A stretch of DNA of 64,000 nucleotides from NCBI GenBank assembly GCA_030648955.1, contig JAUSHB010000013.1, positions 76,675-140,674 on the forward strand. Direction: 5' to 3'. This document shows, in pieces, positions 19,094-29,809 of the stretch. The stretch comes from a bacterium. Its GTDB lineage: Bacteria > Patescibacteriota > Minisyncoccia > Phycocordibacterales > JAUSHB01. A program made the position numbers and the translations under genes. Each line of letters starts with the position of its first letter. Within the stretch, counting starts at the first letter, position 1. The notes beneath the pieces are model-generated. The model had not been told where the DNA came from. It made no database searches and saw only the letters and a program-made list of their open reading frames with translations.

Positions 19094-22000
19094 CTATTTT
19101 TTAGAAATAATTACACCAATAGCTCTTTTTGAAAAATGTTCCACCGTTTCCTTTGGTTCGGGAGTTATGCCACTTCCCGCCTTTTCGGTGAGCATTTTTA
19201 GGTACCCCTTCATTTTATCAATTGCACCGGGGGAGTCCATCCCGAACTTTTGCACACCCCCCTCATCGCCAACGAGTGTCCCACCAAAACTTTTTGTGAC
19301 TACTTCGCTTACGGGACGGTCTTTAAAATCAAGCCAGTCAATTGATTTCTCGCCATTGGTTCCCAAAAAACCATATCCAAAAAATCCTTTCGAGCCAAAC
19401 ATGGTTTGAACATCGGCATGAAGTACCGCATTGGTGTCCATAGCAAGCGCTTCGGCTGCAAGTTGTTCCATAGTTCTTCCACCCGTGTCTGGCATGCTCA
19501 ATGTGTAATCTTTGGTAATTTCCGCGAGGTGGTTTATTTCGGGTGTGACTGATGTTGCGCCATCCATGGTCCCGCTTAATATTTTTTCTACAGTTTCTGT
19601 TGTAAGAAGCGCATCGGGATGAACGGCGTGCCAGGCAGAAATTTTTTCATTATTTGTGATGATGTGAGACGACTCGGTATCAGTGAGCCCGCTTGCGCGT
19701 TCAATGATTCCCACAGACTGACCATCCTCAATCGGTATTGTTGTTGTGTTGAGTACGTCATGAATTTTGTCGAGATGGATCGTATCTCCCGCGGACAGAC
19801 TGTCCACATTGCCGCTTGATATACCAAAACTCCCCGGATCTTTTTTGATTTGTTCTATAATATTTGCGATTGCATTTGATTGCCTTCCTTCGCCATCGAG
19901 GTCTTGTATCTCCGGAATTTTTTCTTTAATGATATTCCAGAGTTTGTCATCGCCATGAACTGTGTACGATGTCTCAACCAAAGGAACTGTTTGTGTGGCC
20001 TCACTCTTAATTGATTCACGGACTGCTTCCACTTTTTGTACGTATTCATTTTGTGTGGGGTGCATTGAATTTTCTACAACCTCATGGGGTGGTGACGCGG
20101 GAATTTCGGAGGTTGAAATACTCGAAGTACTTTCTGGAATAGGAGGCGGCACTTTTAATTGGTTGGCAATTACTTCCCTCGACGTACTCCCCGCCCCACT
20201 TTCAGTCGGCGTACTCAAATAATCTCCAAGAAGTTTTCCTCCCAAAAATACTCCAGTTCCCGCAAGTGCTCCCAAGATTACATTCATGCGCATCCCCAAC
20301 ATTCTTTCTTCTTTCTCGTTACTGGCAATAGATTTTTTGGTAAGCATTCCTTCTACTGCGGCAAACATTGCAAGGCCTCCCATAGCACGCTGAAATGCTG
20401 ACCCCGTAAGTGCTGCAGTTGCTATCATCGCAGCACTAGCTCCACCAGTTGCAGCAAAAGCACTTGCTCCTCCCACAAGCAGTGCAGAGGCAATAAGTTT
20501 CTTTTTAAGTGGCAGATTGCGGTATGCATTACCAATTTTTAATGCGTACTCCACAACCTGAGAATCTTTTTCTATCGCTTCTGTATTTTCTGTAAAGGTT
20601 TGCGTCGCGCTAAGCAATTTTTCAATCCGTTCCCTTTGTTCCTGATTTGTGCCGATTGTTGCAAGGAGTCGCTCTGCGCGTGCGGGATCTTCGGATTTAA
20701 TTTTTAAAATCGCTTTTTCAAACGGATTTAGTTCTTTCTCACCCTGCTCGTTGACCTGCAAACTTTCTTGCTGTTTCTGTTTTAGTTTTTCAATAAGGGC
20801 ATTCGGGGTATCGTTTTCAGAAACTTCAATCCCATTCTCCCCCATAATTTTTTTGAGATTTACTGATACGAAGGCCGGAAATGCTCTACTTTCTACAGAC
20901 TTAAGTAATTCTTGCGCTTCTGTCGTCAACACAAACGGAACCCTCGGCATCTCTTTGATATCTTCAGGTGGTTTCTCACCAACGGGCGTTAATTTTTTAT
21001 TTTCCCCCTCGGTGCTTTGTTCACTGATAGTTTTCATTGGTGACGCAGTATCAGGGACAAGTGCTTCCTCGTTTTTTATAAGAGGAATTTCTACAGTTTG
21101 GACGATTTCACTGACAACAGAAATTGGCTTATCCTTAAGCGCTAGTTCTTTAGGGGGAACTTCCTGGTTAATCGCCGCACTCGGGACAATTACTTCTGGT
21201 ACGATTTCTGTTGCCTCGTCACTTCCCGGCATTTCATTATTGGCATGGCTGTCTTTTTCTTGTAGGGCTTTTATAACTTCAAGCGCCTCAATTTTGTGTT
21301 TTTCATTTGGGTTTGCAATCACCATTTTTGCAACGTGTGTCATCGCCCCCACGTCTTCGTTTGAAGAACTTGTGATTTTATTTTTGATATGCAGGGTACG
21401 CTCTATCTCCAATTCGCGCACCCTCTCTTTTGCCCTTCGAATACTTTTCTCAAGATCGGATGGCGTTCCTTCCCCCGCATGGTCACTCAAGCGTGCGCTT
21501 GCTTCTTTTGCTTTTCGGTTTTCAGCATCAATTTCTCTATTTATACCCACAATGGTTTCATCATAGAGGAGAGATCTGCCGAGTTCTTCATTTACGGCAG
21601 GTCGTTCATCCACAGGAGCACGTGCCTCCTGTTTAATTTTTGCGAGATTCCTCATGGGAAGAACAACCCCCTCGGGTGTTTGATAGACGAGCGAATTAAT
21701 TTCGTCGACAGACTTCTCGCCAGGGGGTGTATCGGGTTTATTGGATGCTTCAATCGACTCAACTGATGGAACTGGCGGCACGGTCGGCTCATGGTAAAAA
21801 ATCTTCGGATGTATCATTTTCGATTCCACGGTGTCCTTATCTGGTTGGTGTAGCGATTTATTTACTATCTCTAATTCACCCTCAAGCCCCGTCAATTTAT
21901 AGTTGAGGAATTTAAGTTTTTCTTGTATTACATATGAAGAATTCTTGTTCTTTTGAAGCTCGGCAATTTCTTGCTTGGTTTGGTCAATAGATGACTCCAA

Positions 22001-22411
22001 ATGTGCTTGCCTCCCCTCGTGTGACGTGTTGCCCTCATTTTCACCACTCTCCACCGCCTTAATTTTTTCATTATTGCCCATAGTGGTTGCGTTGTTATTA
22101 CTATCGTTTTCGGTAATTATTTCATATCCATGTGTATCGGCAAAACTATTAACTATCGTGACACGGTCAGATAATTCTTTTTCAAGCGATCCCAGGGTTT
22201 TTTCACTTTCAGCGGTAGGTTTCCCGAGTACTTTATCGCGACTCATGTCTTCTTTTACCCTTGCAATTTCATCTTTTATCCTTGTTTGTTCATCTTCATT
22301 GAGTATTACCCCAGTCATTAGTTCGCGCTCTTCAGGGGTAAATTCCTCACTGCTTTTGCTTTTTGTATCAGTTAGGTTGTCTAGATTAGTATTGTGTGCA
22401 ACCTCATTCAT
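19094..22411 (-). CDS. Large coiled-coil membrane protein (Gly-zipper TM pair, LysM-like C-terminal region)
   Basis: 1105-aa uninterrupted ORF; E/K-rich coiled-coil N-terminal half; two Gly/Ala-rich TM helices (LLVGGASAFAATGGASAAMIATAALTG; ILGALAGTGVFLGG); C-terminal SYTVHGDDKLWNII segment. Confidence 0.65.
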   Translation of the reverse strand: MNEVAHNTNLDNLTDTKSKSSEEFTPEERELMTGVILNEDEQTRIKDEIARVKEDMSRDKVLGKPTAESEKTLGSLEKELSDRVTIVNSFADTHGYEIITENDSNNNATTMGNNEKIKAVESGENEGNTSHEGRQAHLESSIDQTKQEIAELQKNKNSSYVIQEKLKFLNYKLTGLEGELEIVNKSLHQPDKDTVESKMIHPKIFYHEPTVPPVPSVESIEASNKPDTPPGEKSVDEINSLVYQTPEGVVLPMRNLAKIKQEARAPVDERPAVNEELGRSLLYDETIVGINREIDAENRKAKEASARLSDHAGEGTPSDLEKSIRRAKERVRELEIERTLHIKNKITSSSNEDVGAMTHVAKMVIANPNEKHKIEALEVIKALQEKDSHANNEMPGSDEATEIVPEVIVPSAAINQEVPPKELALKDKPISVVSEIVQTVEIPLIKNEEALVPDTASPMKTISEQSTEGENKKLTPVGEKPPEDIKEMPRVPFVLTTEAQELLKSVESRAFPAFVSVNLKKIMGENGIEVSENDTPNALIEKLKQKQQESLQVNEQGEKELNPFEKAILKIKSEDPARAERLLATIGTNQEQRERIEKLLSATQTFTENTEAIEKDSQVVEYALKIGNAYRNLPLKKKLIASALLVGGASAFAATGGASAAMIATAALTGSAFQRAMGGLAMFAAVEGMLTKKSIASNEKEERMLGMRMNVILGALAGTGVFLGGKLLGDYLSTPTESGAGSTSREVIANQLKVPPPIPESTSSISTSEIPASPPHEVVENSMHPTQNEYVQKVEAVRESIKSEATQTVPLVETSYTVHGDDKLWNIIKEKIPEIQDLDGEGRQSNAIANIIEQIKKDPGSFGISSGNVDSLSAGDTIHLDKIHDVLNTTTIPIEDGQSVGIIERASGLTDTESSHIITNNEKISAWHAVHPDALLTTETVEKILSGTMDGATSVTPEINHLAEITKDYTLSMPDTGGRTMEQLAAEALAMDTNAVLHADVQTMFGSKGFFGYGFLGTNGEKSIDWLDFKDRPVSEVVTKSFGGTLVGDEGGVQKFGMDSPGAIDKMKGYLKMLTEKAGSGITPEPKETVEHFSKRAIGVIISKK

Positions 22412-22914
22412 GTCAACATGATAGCAAATCTAAACAGAACTGTCGCTATACTTTTTTAAAAAACGTTACGATTTATCAAAAAAATGCTTATCACCCACAC
22501 CTATTTTTGAATTATTACATCGCATTTCCATCACCCTTACTCAAGATACTCTATAATGTTCCCCCAATATAGACTGTATATCTACATGAACATGCAAAAA
22601 TACGACACAAAAGTTGGTGTTGTGGGTTATCCACACCGATAAGATTGCCCCGTTGACTTTCAACCCCCGTTGAGGTATACTTGACAGCGAGGTAAGAATA
22701 GGTTGTAGAGACATGCTGAACGAATATTTCCCCGTCTTAATTTATGTAAATATAAAAAGGGCGTGGGTAAACACGAAGTGTTTGAGCGAGTTTGTTTGAC
22801 TGCGAGTAATCTCGCTCAGACAGTCTCGTAGTCAGACAAGATAAAGAAAGAATACGGAATTACCTTTTAATTTTTAGGCTTATACATACTCATAAACAGG
22901 ACCCTGGCTTACCC

Positions 22915-23997
22915 GTGGTGACCGAGAACCAGGCTAAAAAAGAATCGTTTTTATGGCTTCCTACTAAAAAGTCTGCTTTTTTGTTCTTGTGTGCGGTTAT
23001 CATTGTATCCCCCGTTGCATATGCAAATGCGGGGTTTCTTTCATTATTGGGTTCCATATTTGGTACAACCGCAGCGGCAAATCCTGCTCAAGAAGTAACC
23101 ATAGATTATGTGAACTCGCAAAATATCGGTCTTCTCCAAGCAGCAGTAAATCTCAATCCTAAGTTAGCACGAGGCGGGGGCGACATTACTATTGTCAATG
23201 ATAGCGCCCTTCTTTCAGACATTGGTCCAATGGGAAGTGCTGTTGGCGTTGAGGAAACATCTTCAAAGAGCGATCAATTAAGCATCTACGTTGTTCGAAA
23301 GGGTGATTCACTCTCACAAATTGCTCAAATGTTCGGCGTTTCTGTGAATACCATTATTTGGTCAAATGATATTCCACGTGGTGGTTCTATCCGTGTAGGG
23401 GAAACTCTGGTCATCCTCCCTGTATCGGGGGTGAGTCATGTTATTGCTAAGGGGGATACCATAAAATCAATCGCAACAAAATATAAAGGTGATGCAGAAG
23501 AAATTCTTGGATTCAATGGGCTTGGTGATAGTGACGCTCTGGCAATTGGATCTACGATTATCATTCCTGAAGGAATGCTTTCTTTGCCAACGCCGGCTTC
23601 TATTTCATACACAAAGCCAAAGGGAACAAATGGTCCTTCGTACAGTGGCTACTATTTGCGTCCCGTGAATGGCACAAGATCACAGGGGATACATGGTTAT
23701 AACGGCATAGATCTTGCTGCTCCGACGGGAACACCAGTGTTTGCTTCAGCCAGTGGAGATGTCGTGGTGAGTAAGTATCGCGAGGGTAATCCATGGTTCG
23801 GTGGATATGGTAATTATGTTGTAATTAGCCACGAAAATGGTACACAGACGCTATATGCCCACATGAGTAAAGTAATTGTTGGAGAAGAATGGAGGGTAGT
23901 TAAGGGGCAGGTGATTGGATATGTAGGATCAACAGGAAGATCAACAGGGGCACACCTTCACTTTGAAGTTCGTGGAGCAAGAAATCCATTTCAATAA
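22915..23997 (+). CDS. LysM-LysM-M23 family peptidoglycan endopeptidase
   Basis: Signal peptide; two LysM repeats (YVVRKGDSLSQIAQMFGVSVNTI; HVIAKGDTIKSIATKY); M23 motifs (GIDLAAPTGTPVFASASGDV; HLHFEV). Confidence 0.85.
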   Translation: MVTENQAKKESFLWLPTKKSAFLFLCAVIIVSPVAYANAGFLSLLGSIFGTTAAANPAQEVTIDYVNSQNIGLLQAAVNLNPKLARGGGDITIVNDSALLSDIGPMGSAVGVEETSSKSDQLSIYVVRKGDSLSQIAQMFGVSVNTIIWSNDIPRGGSIRVGETLVILPVSGVSHVIAKGDTIKSIATKYKGDAEEILGFNGLGDSDALAIGSTIIIPEGMLSLPTPASISYTKPKGTNGPSYSGYYLRPVNGTRSQGIHGYNGIDLAAPTGTPVFASASGDVVVSKYREGNPWFGGYGNYVVISHENGTQTLYAHMSKVIVGEEWRVVKGQVIGYVGSTGRSTGAHLHFEVRGARNPFQ

Positions 23998-24072
23998 TTT
24001 TTGAAGATAGGTTAGTCTAGACAATACGTTCAAGTGAGAAAAACCCCTCGAGAGAGAGGTTTTTCTTTATTT

Positions 24073-24103
24073 AAGCTTTCCAAAGCCTCGCCTTGGAAAG
24101 CTT
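24073..24103. other. Hairpin AAGCTTTCCAAAGCCTCGCCTTGGAAAGCTT between convergent genes (terminator-like, no clear U-tract)
   Basis: 11-bp perfect stem; loop core CCAAAGCCTCGC(C)TTGG is shared with the hairpin at 31272-31294. Confidence 0.4.
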
Positions 24104-24120
24104 AAAGCTTGGGAGTGGGG

Positions 24121-25698
24121 TTAATGATTGATGCCCGTTCCCCTCTTTGGCCGATATTGGAGTGCTTCAAGGATGTGTTGCTCACCTACCGCACTCACAC
24201 CCTCCAAGTCTGCGATAGTGCGAGCAACTTTCAAAAGGCGATGGTGCGCTCTTCCAGAAAGATTAAATTTTTCCGCTGATGCATTCACCATGTCAACGAG
24301 TTTGTCACTTAATTTCACCAACACTTCCAAATCTTTTGCACCCATCTCACTATTTGTTTTGATGTGGTGTTGGTGAAATTTAAATCTCTCATTTTGCATA
24401 GTTCGCGCGCTTCTCACTCTTTCCCGTATCGCAGTACTTGTTTCTCCTTTATTTTCTGAATCAGAAAGTTTTTTGTGGTCAACGCGGGCTACTTCAACCC
24501 AAATATCAATACGATCCGCGATGGGGCCCGAAATCCTACTCTGATATCGAACAAGCGACCCCGGCATGCAAACACACTGTTTTTCTGTGCCATAATTTCC
24601 GCACGGACATGGATTGAGCGCTCCGATAAGAATAAAATTTGCAGGAAATAATTCCGTCCCCTTCGCTCTTGAGATGCTTACCATATTATCTTCGAGTGGC
24701 TGACGCAATGATTCGATAACGCGCTTGTCAAAAAGCGGAAATTCATCAAGAAAAAGAACACCCCGATGCGCGAGGGTCACTTCTCCCGGTTTTGGAAATG
24801 ATCCTCCTCCAACAATAGATACATATGATGACGTATGGTGCGGAGAACGAAAAGGCGGTTCCACAATGAGACTGTCTTTGAGTGCTCCTGCAACCGAATG
24901 GATGCCGGTTACTTCGATGATCTCATCAAAACTAAGGTCTGGAAGAATGTGGGGGAACGCTTTTGCAAGCATCGTCTTCCCCGCTCCGGGGGAACCCCAC
25001 ATTGCGATATTGTGTCCGCCCGCGGCGGCAATCTCAAGCCCCCGTTTTGCTGTTTCTTGTCCCTTAACATCGGAAAAATCAATAAGGCGACTTCTGCGTT
25101 TCACAGTTTCAATGCGCAATGGATCGTATTGCGCCGGCTTTATTTTTTTGTGAATGGTATCACCCCCCTTTACATACTCATGAAGGTGTTCAAAAACATC
25201 TTTTAAATTTTTTGCTCCGAAGATTGAAATACCTTCGACCAGAGATGCTTCCGTGATATTTCCTTCCGGCAAATATACTTCTTTAAACCCTGATCGCTTG
25301 GCTTTATCAACCAAGACGAGTGCTCCTTTAATGGGACGGAGTTCTCCATCGAGGGAAAGTTCCCCCAAAAATATTTTTTCTTTCGGATTAAAACGAAGAT
25401 CTCCTGCAGCGACAAGATACGCTATCGAGATGGGGAGATCAAATAGCGGACCCTCCTTTTTTACATCGGCAGGAGCGAGAGAAACCACCACTTTTTGATT
25501 TTTTTGTTTCGGTGATTTAAATCCGGAATTTTTAATTGCAGAACTGACGCGGTCACGTGATTCCTCGACGGCTTTGTCGGGAAGACCGACGGTCGTGAAA
25601 GAGTGAAGTCCTTTCGATATGTCCACTTCTACGTCAATAATTTGCGCCGAGAGACCAGTTGTTTGCGCTGAATAAACCTTAGAGAATGGCATACCCAT
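24121..25698 (-). CDS. comM: YifB/ComM family Mg-chelatase-like AAA+ ATPase
   Basis: 525 aa; typical N-terminus (QIIDVEVDISKGLHSFTTVGLPDKAVEESRDRV), Walker A GSPGAGKT, C-terminal Mg-chelatase subunit ChlI-like region. Confidence 0.85.
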   Translation of the reverse strand: MGMPFSKVYSAQTTGLSAQIIDVEVDISKGLHSFTTVGLPDKAVEESRDRVSSAIKNSGFKSPKQKNQKVVVSLAPADVKKEGPLFDLPISIAYLVAAGDLRFNPKEKIFLGELSLDGELRPIKGALVLVDKAKRSGFKEVYLPEGNITEASLVEGISIFGAKNLKDVFEHLHEYVKGGDTIHKKIKPAQYDPLRIETVKRRSRLIDFSDVKGQETAKRGLEIAAAGGHNIAMWGSPGAGKTMLAKAFPHILPDLSFDEIIEVTGIHSVAGALKDSLIVEPPFRSPHHTSSYVSIVGGGSFPKPGEVTLAHRGVLFLDEFPLFDKRVIESLRQPLEDNMVSISRAKGTELFPANFILIGALNPCPCGNYGTEKQCVCMPGSLVRYQSRISGPIADRIDIWVEVARVDHKKLSDSENKGETSTAIRERVRSARTMQNERFKFHQHHIKTNSEMGAKDLEVLVKLSDKLVDMVNASAEKFNLSGRAHHRLLKVARTIADLEGVSAVGEQHILEALQYRPKRGTGINH

Positions 25699-25704
25699 TG
25701 AGTG

Positions 25705-26079
25705 TTAACTGTTCATATGTTTGATGCAGGTTATTGCGGCAGGATTTGCTTCAAGGCGTGCAATTTCGATTGGTTCATTTCCAACCTCGCATACCCCATA
25801 GGTATTGTTTTTTATTTTATCAAGCGCCCGCGTGATACTCCCAAGCTTGTTTTCAAGCTCAACCTCAACTGCGCCTCTTTCCTCAAATTCTTCCATCTGT
25901 TCCGCAACTTCCGTTTTATCTGCAGAAGAAACGTCGATAGGAGAAGGAGTCGCTTCCCAGTCCTTAGGGTTTTCGGGGTTTATCCGCCCGACACCCCGGA
26001 GCTCTCCCTCGATAAGCGTTTTCTCTGCTTCAAGCTTTTCTTTAAAATGTGCTGTGTCAATCGATGTGTTTTTATGCAT
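25705..26079 (-). CDS. DksA/TraR-family regulator-like protein
   Basis: 124 aa; coiled-coil N-terminal part and C-terminal C-x(n)-C segment consistent with DksA/TraR-like proteins (only two Cys). Confidence 0.6.
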   Translation of the reverse strand: MHKNTSIDTAHFKEKLEAEKTLIEGELRGVGRINPENPKDWEATPSPIDVSSADKTEVAEQMEEFEERGAVEVELENKLGSITRALDKIKNNTYGVCEVGNEPIEIARLEANPAAITCIKHMNS

Positions 26080-26214
26080 AGTGCTCTTATGATACCAGAC
26101 AAGTCGTGGAGCGCAAAGCGTGTAGCAGCTACTGACCCCTACGAAGGTCGGACCTCTGTAGGGGTGACGAATGACAAAGGTAACGCGAGGACAAATTGAT
26201 TCTAGAGCAAGGAC

Positions 26215-26838
26215 TCACCTTACTTTCACATCAAAAAATTGAATACTCTCCCAAATCCTTTCAACATCATCAAGGGGCATATTCATTGTTATTATGTCAA
26301 AGAAAAATCCGTTTTGGATAAATAGCATATGCCGTTCGCGGAGTATTTCCGGTTGAGGGTGTACCAAATCTTGTGGAGAGGTAGTAATAATAGCCTCAAT
26401 ACCAAAAATATTCTTTTTCTCTTGTATAAGGCCGCTATACCCTCCGTCTTGAACCAGATACTTCTCAACAGAAGTAAGGGGTGTCTCATCGATAGATATG
26501 AAGAAAATTCTCTCTTTGGGGGTTGTGTCAGTAAACGAAATACTGTAAGAATCATATTCCTTTCCTGCGTGTTCCCAAACATTAACAGAATGGCGTATCT
26601 CCATGTCTGCCGGGATCTCTATGGAAAACTGAAACATCTTATTTACATAAGAAGACCAGCTCTTGACCGAAGGAATGTATGCTTTACCAAATAAAACCGG
26701 TAGATCTTTTCCTTGCAAGGTTCGCTTAAATTGATGCTCAAATGATGGTTGTTTGATTTGGCTACCATCTGTTTCAAAAAAATAATAACTCAATACACTC
26801 AACACAACCAACACGGCAATAAAATAAAGGTATTTCAT
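26215..26838 (-). CDS. Secreted hypothetical protein
   Basis: 207 aa with N-terminal TM/signal (YLYFIAVLVVLSVLSYYFF). Confidence 0.55.
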   Translation of the reverse strand: MKYLYFIAVLVVLSVLSYYFFETDGSQIKQPSFEHQFKRTLQGKDLPVLFGKAYIPSVKSWSSYVNKMFQFSIEIPADMEIRHSVNVWEHAGKEYDSYSISFTDTTPKERIFFISIDETPLTSVEKYLVQDGGYSGLIQEKKNIFGIEAIITTSPQDLVHPQPEILRERHMLFIQNGFFFDIITMNMPLDDVERIWESIQFFDVKVR

Positions 26839-26904
26839 ATATTTACATTATAAAATAATAAAAAAGGCGACACAAACTGCGCGCCGCCTTTTCAAATGAA
26901 GATA

Positions 26905-27450
26905 CTATTGGATGAAATACACCGTGAACGAGCTGCCGCCTTGTACTTGAGAATAAAACTTCGCAAAGGTAACCGTCCGTGTTTTCACAAGTGCATCATT
27001 GTTGTTCCATGGCGTGCTGTCGTAATTACTTTCAGTAAATGTCACCGTGGTGCTAGTCTTTGCGGTAACAATTGCCGTATGTGGCCAACCACTGGCAAGG
27101 CGCATCTGGATAATGTACCCAGGAATAACATTTTCAATCGGCATACTCATACCGATCACGTGCCCACTGATATCATAGTCCCACATATAGTCATACGGTG
27201 ACGATCTAGTGGAGGGTATTGTAACATGTTTCCCTGAGGCTTCGTACACCACTTTACGAGCCCAATCCTTACAAGACAAGCCTGACCACTGATTAACATC
27301 TTGATTTGCCCTGCTCACAATGGCAGAGTTCCTTTGTGATTGTGGCATGGTATGCCACCAATACGTAGAACCTCCTGGTGAATCAGCGCGAGCGACACCA
27401 ATCAAGCCGCCAACCATAACAGCAACAGTCAAGAATGCTTTTACATTCAT
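26905..27450 (-). CDS. Secreted CHAP-domain-like (NlpC/P60-superfamily) putative peptidoglycan hydrolase
   Basis: 181 aa; signal peptide; Cys (SGLSCKDWARKVVY) and His (GWPHTAIV) spaced as in CHAP domains. Confidence 0.5.
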   Translation of the reverse strand: MNVKAFLTVAVMVGGLIGVARADSPGGSTYWWHTMPQSQRNSAIVSRANQDVNQWSGLSCKDWARKVVYEASGKHVTIPSTRSSPYDYMWDYDISGHVIGMSMPIENVIPGYIIQMRLASGWPHTAIVTAKTSTTVTFTESNYDSTPWNNNDALVKTRTVTFAKFYSQVQGGSSFTVYFIQ

Positions 27451-27700
27451 CCGATATCTCCTCTATAAATTTATGGGAAGGAACTAATGTCGGTTGCTAA
27501 CCAACCAACTTTGCCATAGTAGCATATTTCCGTTTTTTTTTGCAATTGATTGTTGAATGTAGCTGTGAAAAAAGGTTTATGGAGTGATAAGGAGGTGAGA
27601 CATCTGTATCATCTGTAGTTGTATTTCCACATACATTTATCTCACGCTATAGTTCATTATAAATGTATGCGAAATAATATTCATTCATGGTAAATACCCA

Positions 27701-28735
27701 TTATTGCGTAACCCGCTTCGGCTGATTAAGGATATCGAGAATATTTCCAAATGTTTCTTTGTCCGGCGCAACGAGAAGGGTGTTGCGGTCAACAAATGAA
27801 TATATAAACACGGGCTCCTGTGCACGATCAAGGAGCGCGCGAGTATCCTTGTTTTGCATTACCACGTCTTTAAATCTTCCCGTTCCCTCTTTTGACCCAA
27901 TAAGGAAGCCCAAATTTTGCAGAAGTGTTTTTTCCCACGAAAGCATACCGGCAAACGATGCTTCAAATGAATTTGTTTTAAAAATAAGAAATGCGTGACC
28001 TTTTTGGGCGGTGTCATAATAAATCCCAAGCATAAAATTATCATCAAGTGCACGGACGAGGACGTCGGGTGCGTTTGTAAAATATGTGCTCAAGAACACT
28101 CCGGCAGGTAAATTACTTTTGCCGGCTACCAAGTCTGGTAATCCTTGCATGCGTACTTGCGTGAGCGCAATGTTTGTAATCGATCCCGATTCCGGGGTCT
28201 TCCCTGCTTCATCCGCAACAGTGTCAGCCAGAGTATTTTTAGAATTGTTTGCAGTAGAATCAACTTCCCGCTCATAACGAGGAACTATAATAAACGGAGT
28301 TGATGAGTTGATTTTTACAACAACGGTTTCTCCTGGCGGAGTAGATGTAAACGAAAAATTACCATAACGAACGAGTGTGAATATTCCTCCGCCAGCAGCA
28401 ATCAGACCGACTACAATAGCGGCAATGACCATAATACGCTTTTGATTTTCGGGACTTATTGTTGGCGGAGTTTCAGATTCTTTCTCCGCAGCTCTTTTTT
28501 TCTGTTCCCTAAGCGCAATACTCGCAAGGCTTTCTTTTTGTCGCTGTATCGCTTCCTCGGCATCGCCACGGTATGTTTTAAGGGGACGGATGGTCATGCG
28601 ATGGGTACCTTTCTGTGTATCTGCTGGTATATTTTGCCCGTCTATTGGTAATATTTGTGTAAACACAGACCGATCGCTATTTTTTCCGATCGAATTCTGT
28701 GCGGATTTATTTTCTGTTTTATTCTCTCCTGGCAT
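27701..28735 (-). CDS. Single-pass membrane hypothetical protein
   Basis: 344 aa; central TM (IMVIAAIVVGLIAAGGGIF). Confidence 0.55.
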   Translation of the reverse strand: MPGENKTENKSAQNSIGKNSDRSVFTQILPIDGQNIPADTQKGTHRMTIRPLKTYRGDAEEAIQRQKESLASIALREQKKRAAEKESETPPTISPENQKRIMVIAAIVVGLIAAGGGIFTLVRYGNFSFTSTPPGETVVVKINSSTPFIIVPRYEREVDSTANNSKNTLADTVADEAGKTPESGSITNIALTQVRMQGLPDLVAGKSNLPAGVFLSTYFTNAPDVLVRALDDNFMLGIYYDTAQKGHAFLIFKTNSFEASFAGMLSWEKTLLQNLGFLIGSKEGTGRFKDVVMQNKDTRALLDRAQEPVFIYSFVDRNTLLVAPDKETFGNILDILNQPKRVTQ

Positions 28736-28802
28736 CGTGGTTATTTTTTTGAAGCGTATAAAACGCTCAATCCTACTTTACCATATTTAGTTGCCGTCAA
28801 GA

Positions 28803-29372
28803 TTATTTTTGTAATGAACTCTGCGCTCCTCCTTGTGGACGTCGGAACTGTCGACCTCTCGGTCGTTGTGCGCCCATTAAATATTTTCCTGGATCATCAC
28901 AGAGGTCGATAAAGTCATCTGCTACTTCGCGGAGCTTCCCGGATGCGGATCTTCCAAATGCAATCACCTCTACCTGAACTCCTAGTGATTTTAAGTATTC
29001 AACAAGCGGAATAAAGTCTCCGTCCCCAGAAGCAATTACGATGGTGTCGAGCTTGGACGCAAATCGAATCGCATCAACAGCGATCCCGACATCCCAGTCG
29101 GCCTTTTTTGCACCACCAAAAAATATTTGCAAATCTTTTGTCTTTGCTTCAATGCCGAGTTTCCCGAGTGCATCAAAGAAATTCTTTTCTTCGCCGGATT
29201 CAGTAGTAATGACATATGCGATTGCGCGCACGAGTTCTCTTCCCGCCACGGCATCTTTCATGATTGCCCCGAAATTAACTCTCGCTTTATATAAATTTTT
29301 TGCGCTGTGGTAGAGGTTTTGTGTATCAATAAAAATTCCAACCCGTTGTCCTTTGTGTTTAATGACCGACAT
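28803..29372 (-). CDS. NYN/LabA-like (PIN-fold) domain protein
   Basis: 189 aa; VGIFIDTQNLYHSAK ... DWDVGIAVDAI ... IVIASGDGDFIPLV motifs typical of NYN/LabA. Confidence 0.75.
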   Translation of the reverse strand: MSVIKHKGQRVGIFIDTQNLYHSAKNLYKARVNFGAIMKDAVAGRELVRAIAYVITTESGEEKNFFDALGKLGIEAKTKDLQIFFGGAKKADWDVGIAVDAIRFASKLDTIVIASGDGDFIPLVEYLKSLGVQVEVIAFGRSASGKLREVADDFIDLCDDPGKYLMGAQRPRGRQFRRPQGGAQSSLQK

Positions 29373-29461
29373 AGTTTAGTTAATAGGTTGTTAAGTTGAT
29401 AAGTTTCGCTTTGCTTTTTAGTTTAGAAATATAAAACCAACCAACTAATAAACTTATCAAC

Positions 29462-29725
29462 TTACTTAAGACCAAGTTTTTTAGTGACAACATCGTAACG
29501 CTCCTTGCTCTTTCTTTTGAGGTATTTGAGTTGAGTGTGGCGATCCGCAACCATTTGGAGAAGACCTCTTCGTGAATGGATGTCTTTCGTGTGTTTCTTC
29601 AAATGTCCTGCAAGTTCGTTGATTCTCTTGGTGAGCAAAGCAACCTGAACCTCGGGAGACCCAGTATCCTTCCCGTGCACCTGGTGTTTATTGATAATAT
29701 TCTGTTTTTTCTTTGTAGTGAGCAT
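29462..29725 (-). CDS. rpsO: 30S ribosomal protein S15
   Basis: 87 aa; canonical S15 sequence ([42 protein letters not shown]). Confidence 0.9.
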   Translation of the reverse strand: MLTTKKKQNIINKHQVHGKDTGSPEVQVALLTKRINELAGHLKKHTKDIHSRRGLLQMVADRHTQLKYLKRKSKERYDVVTKKLGLK

Positions 29726-29809
29726 GAGGGGAATTTAATCACAAAACTCTATAATTTGCAAGAATAAGTTTTATTTTCCCTTCAGGAGGGATTTTGGGTA
29801 ATGGTAAAA

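Noticed and set aside
20649-21566. 305-aa plus-strand ORF (S/F/C-rich)
   Set aside because: It is antisense to the 1105-aa gene and is a low-complexity translation typical of a shadow ORF.
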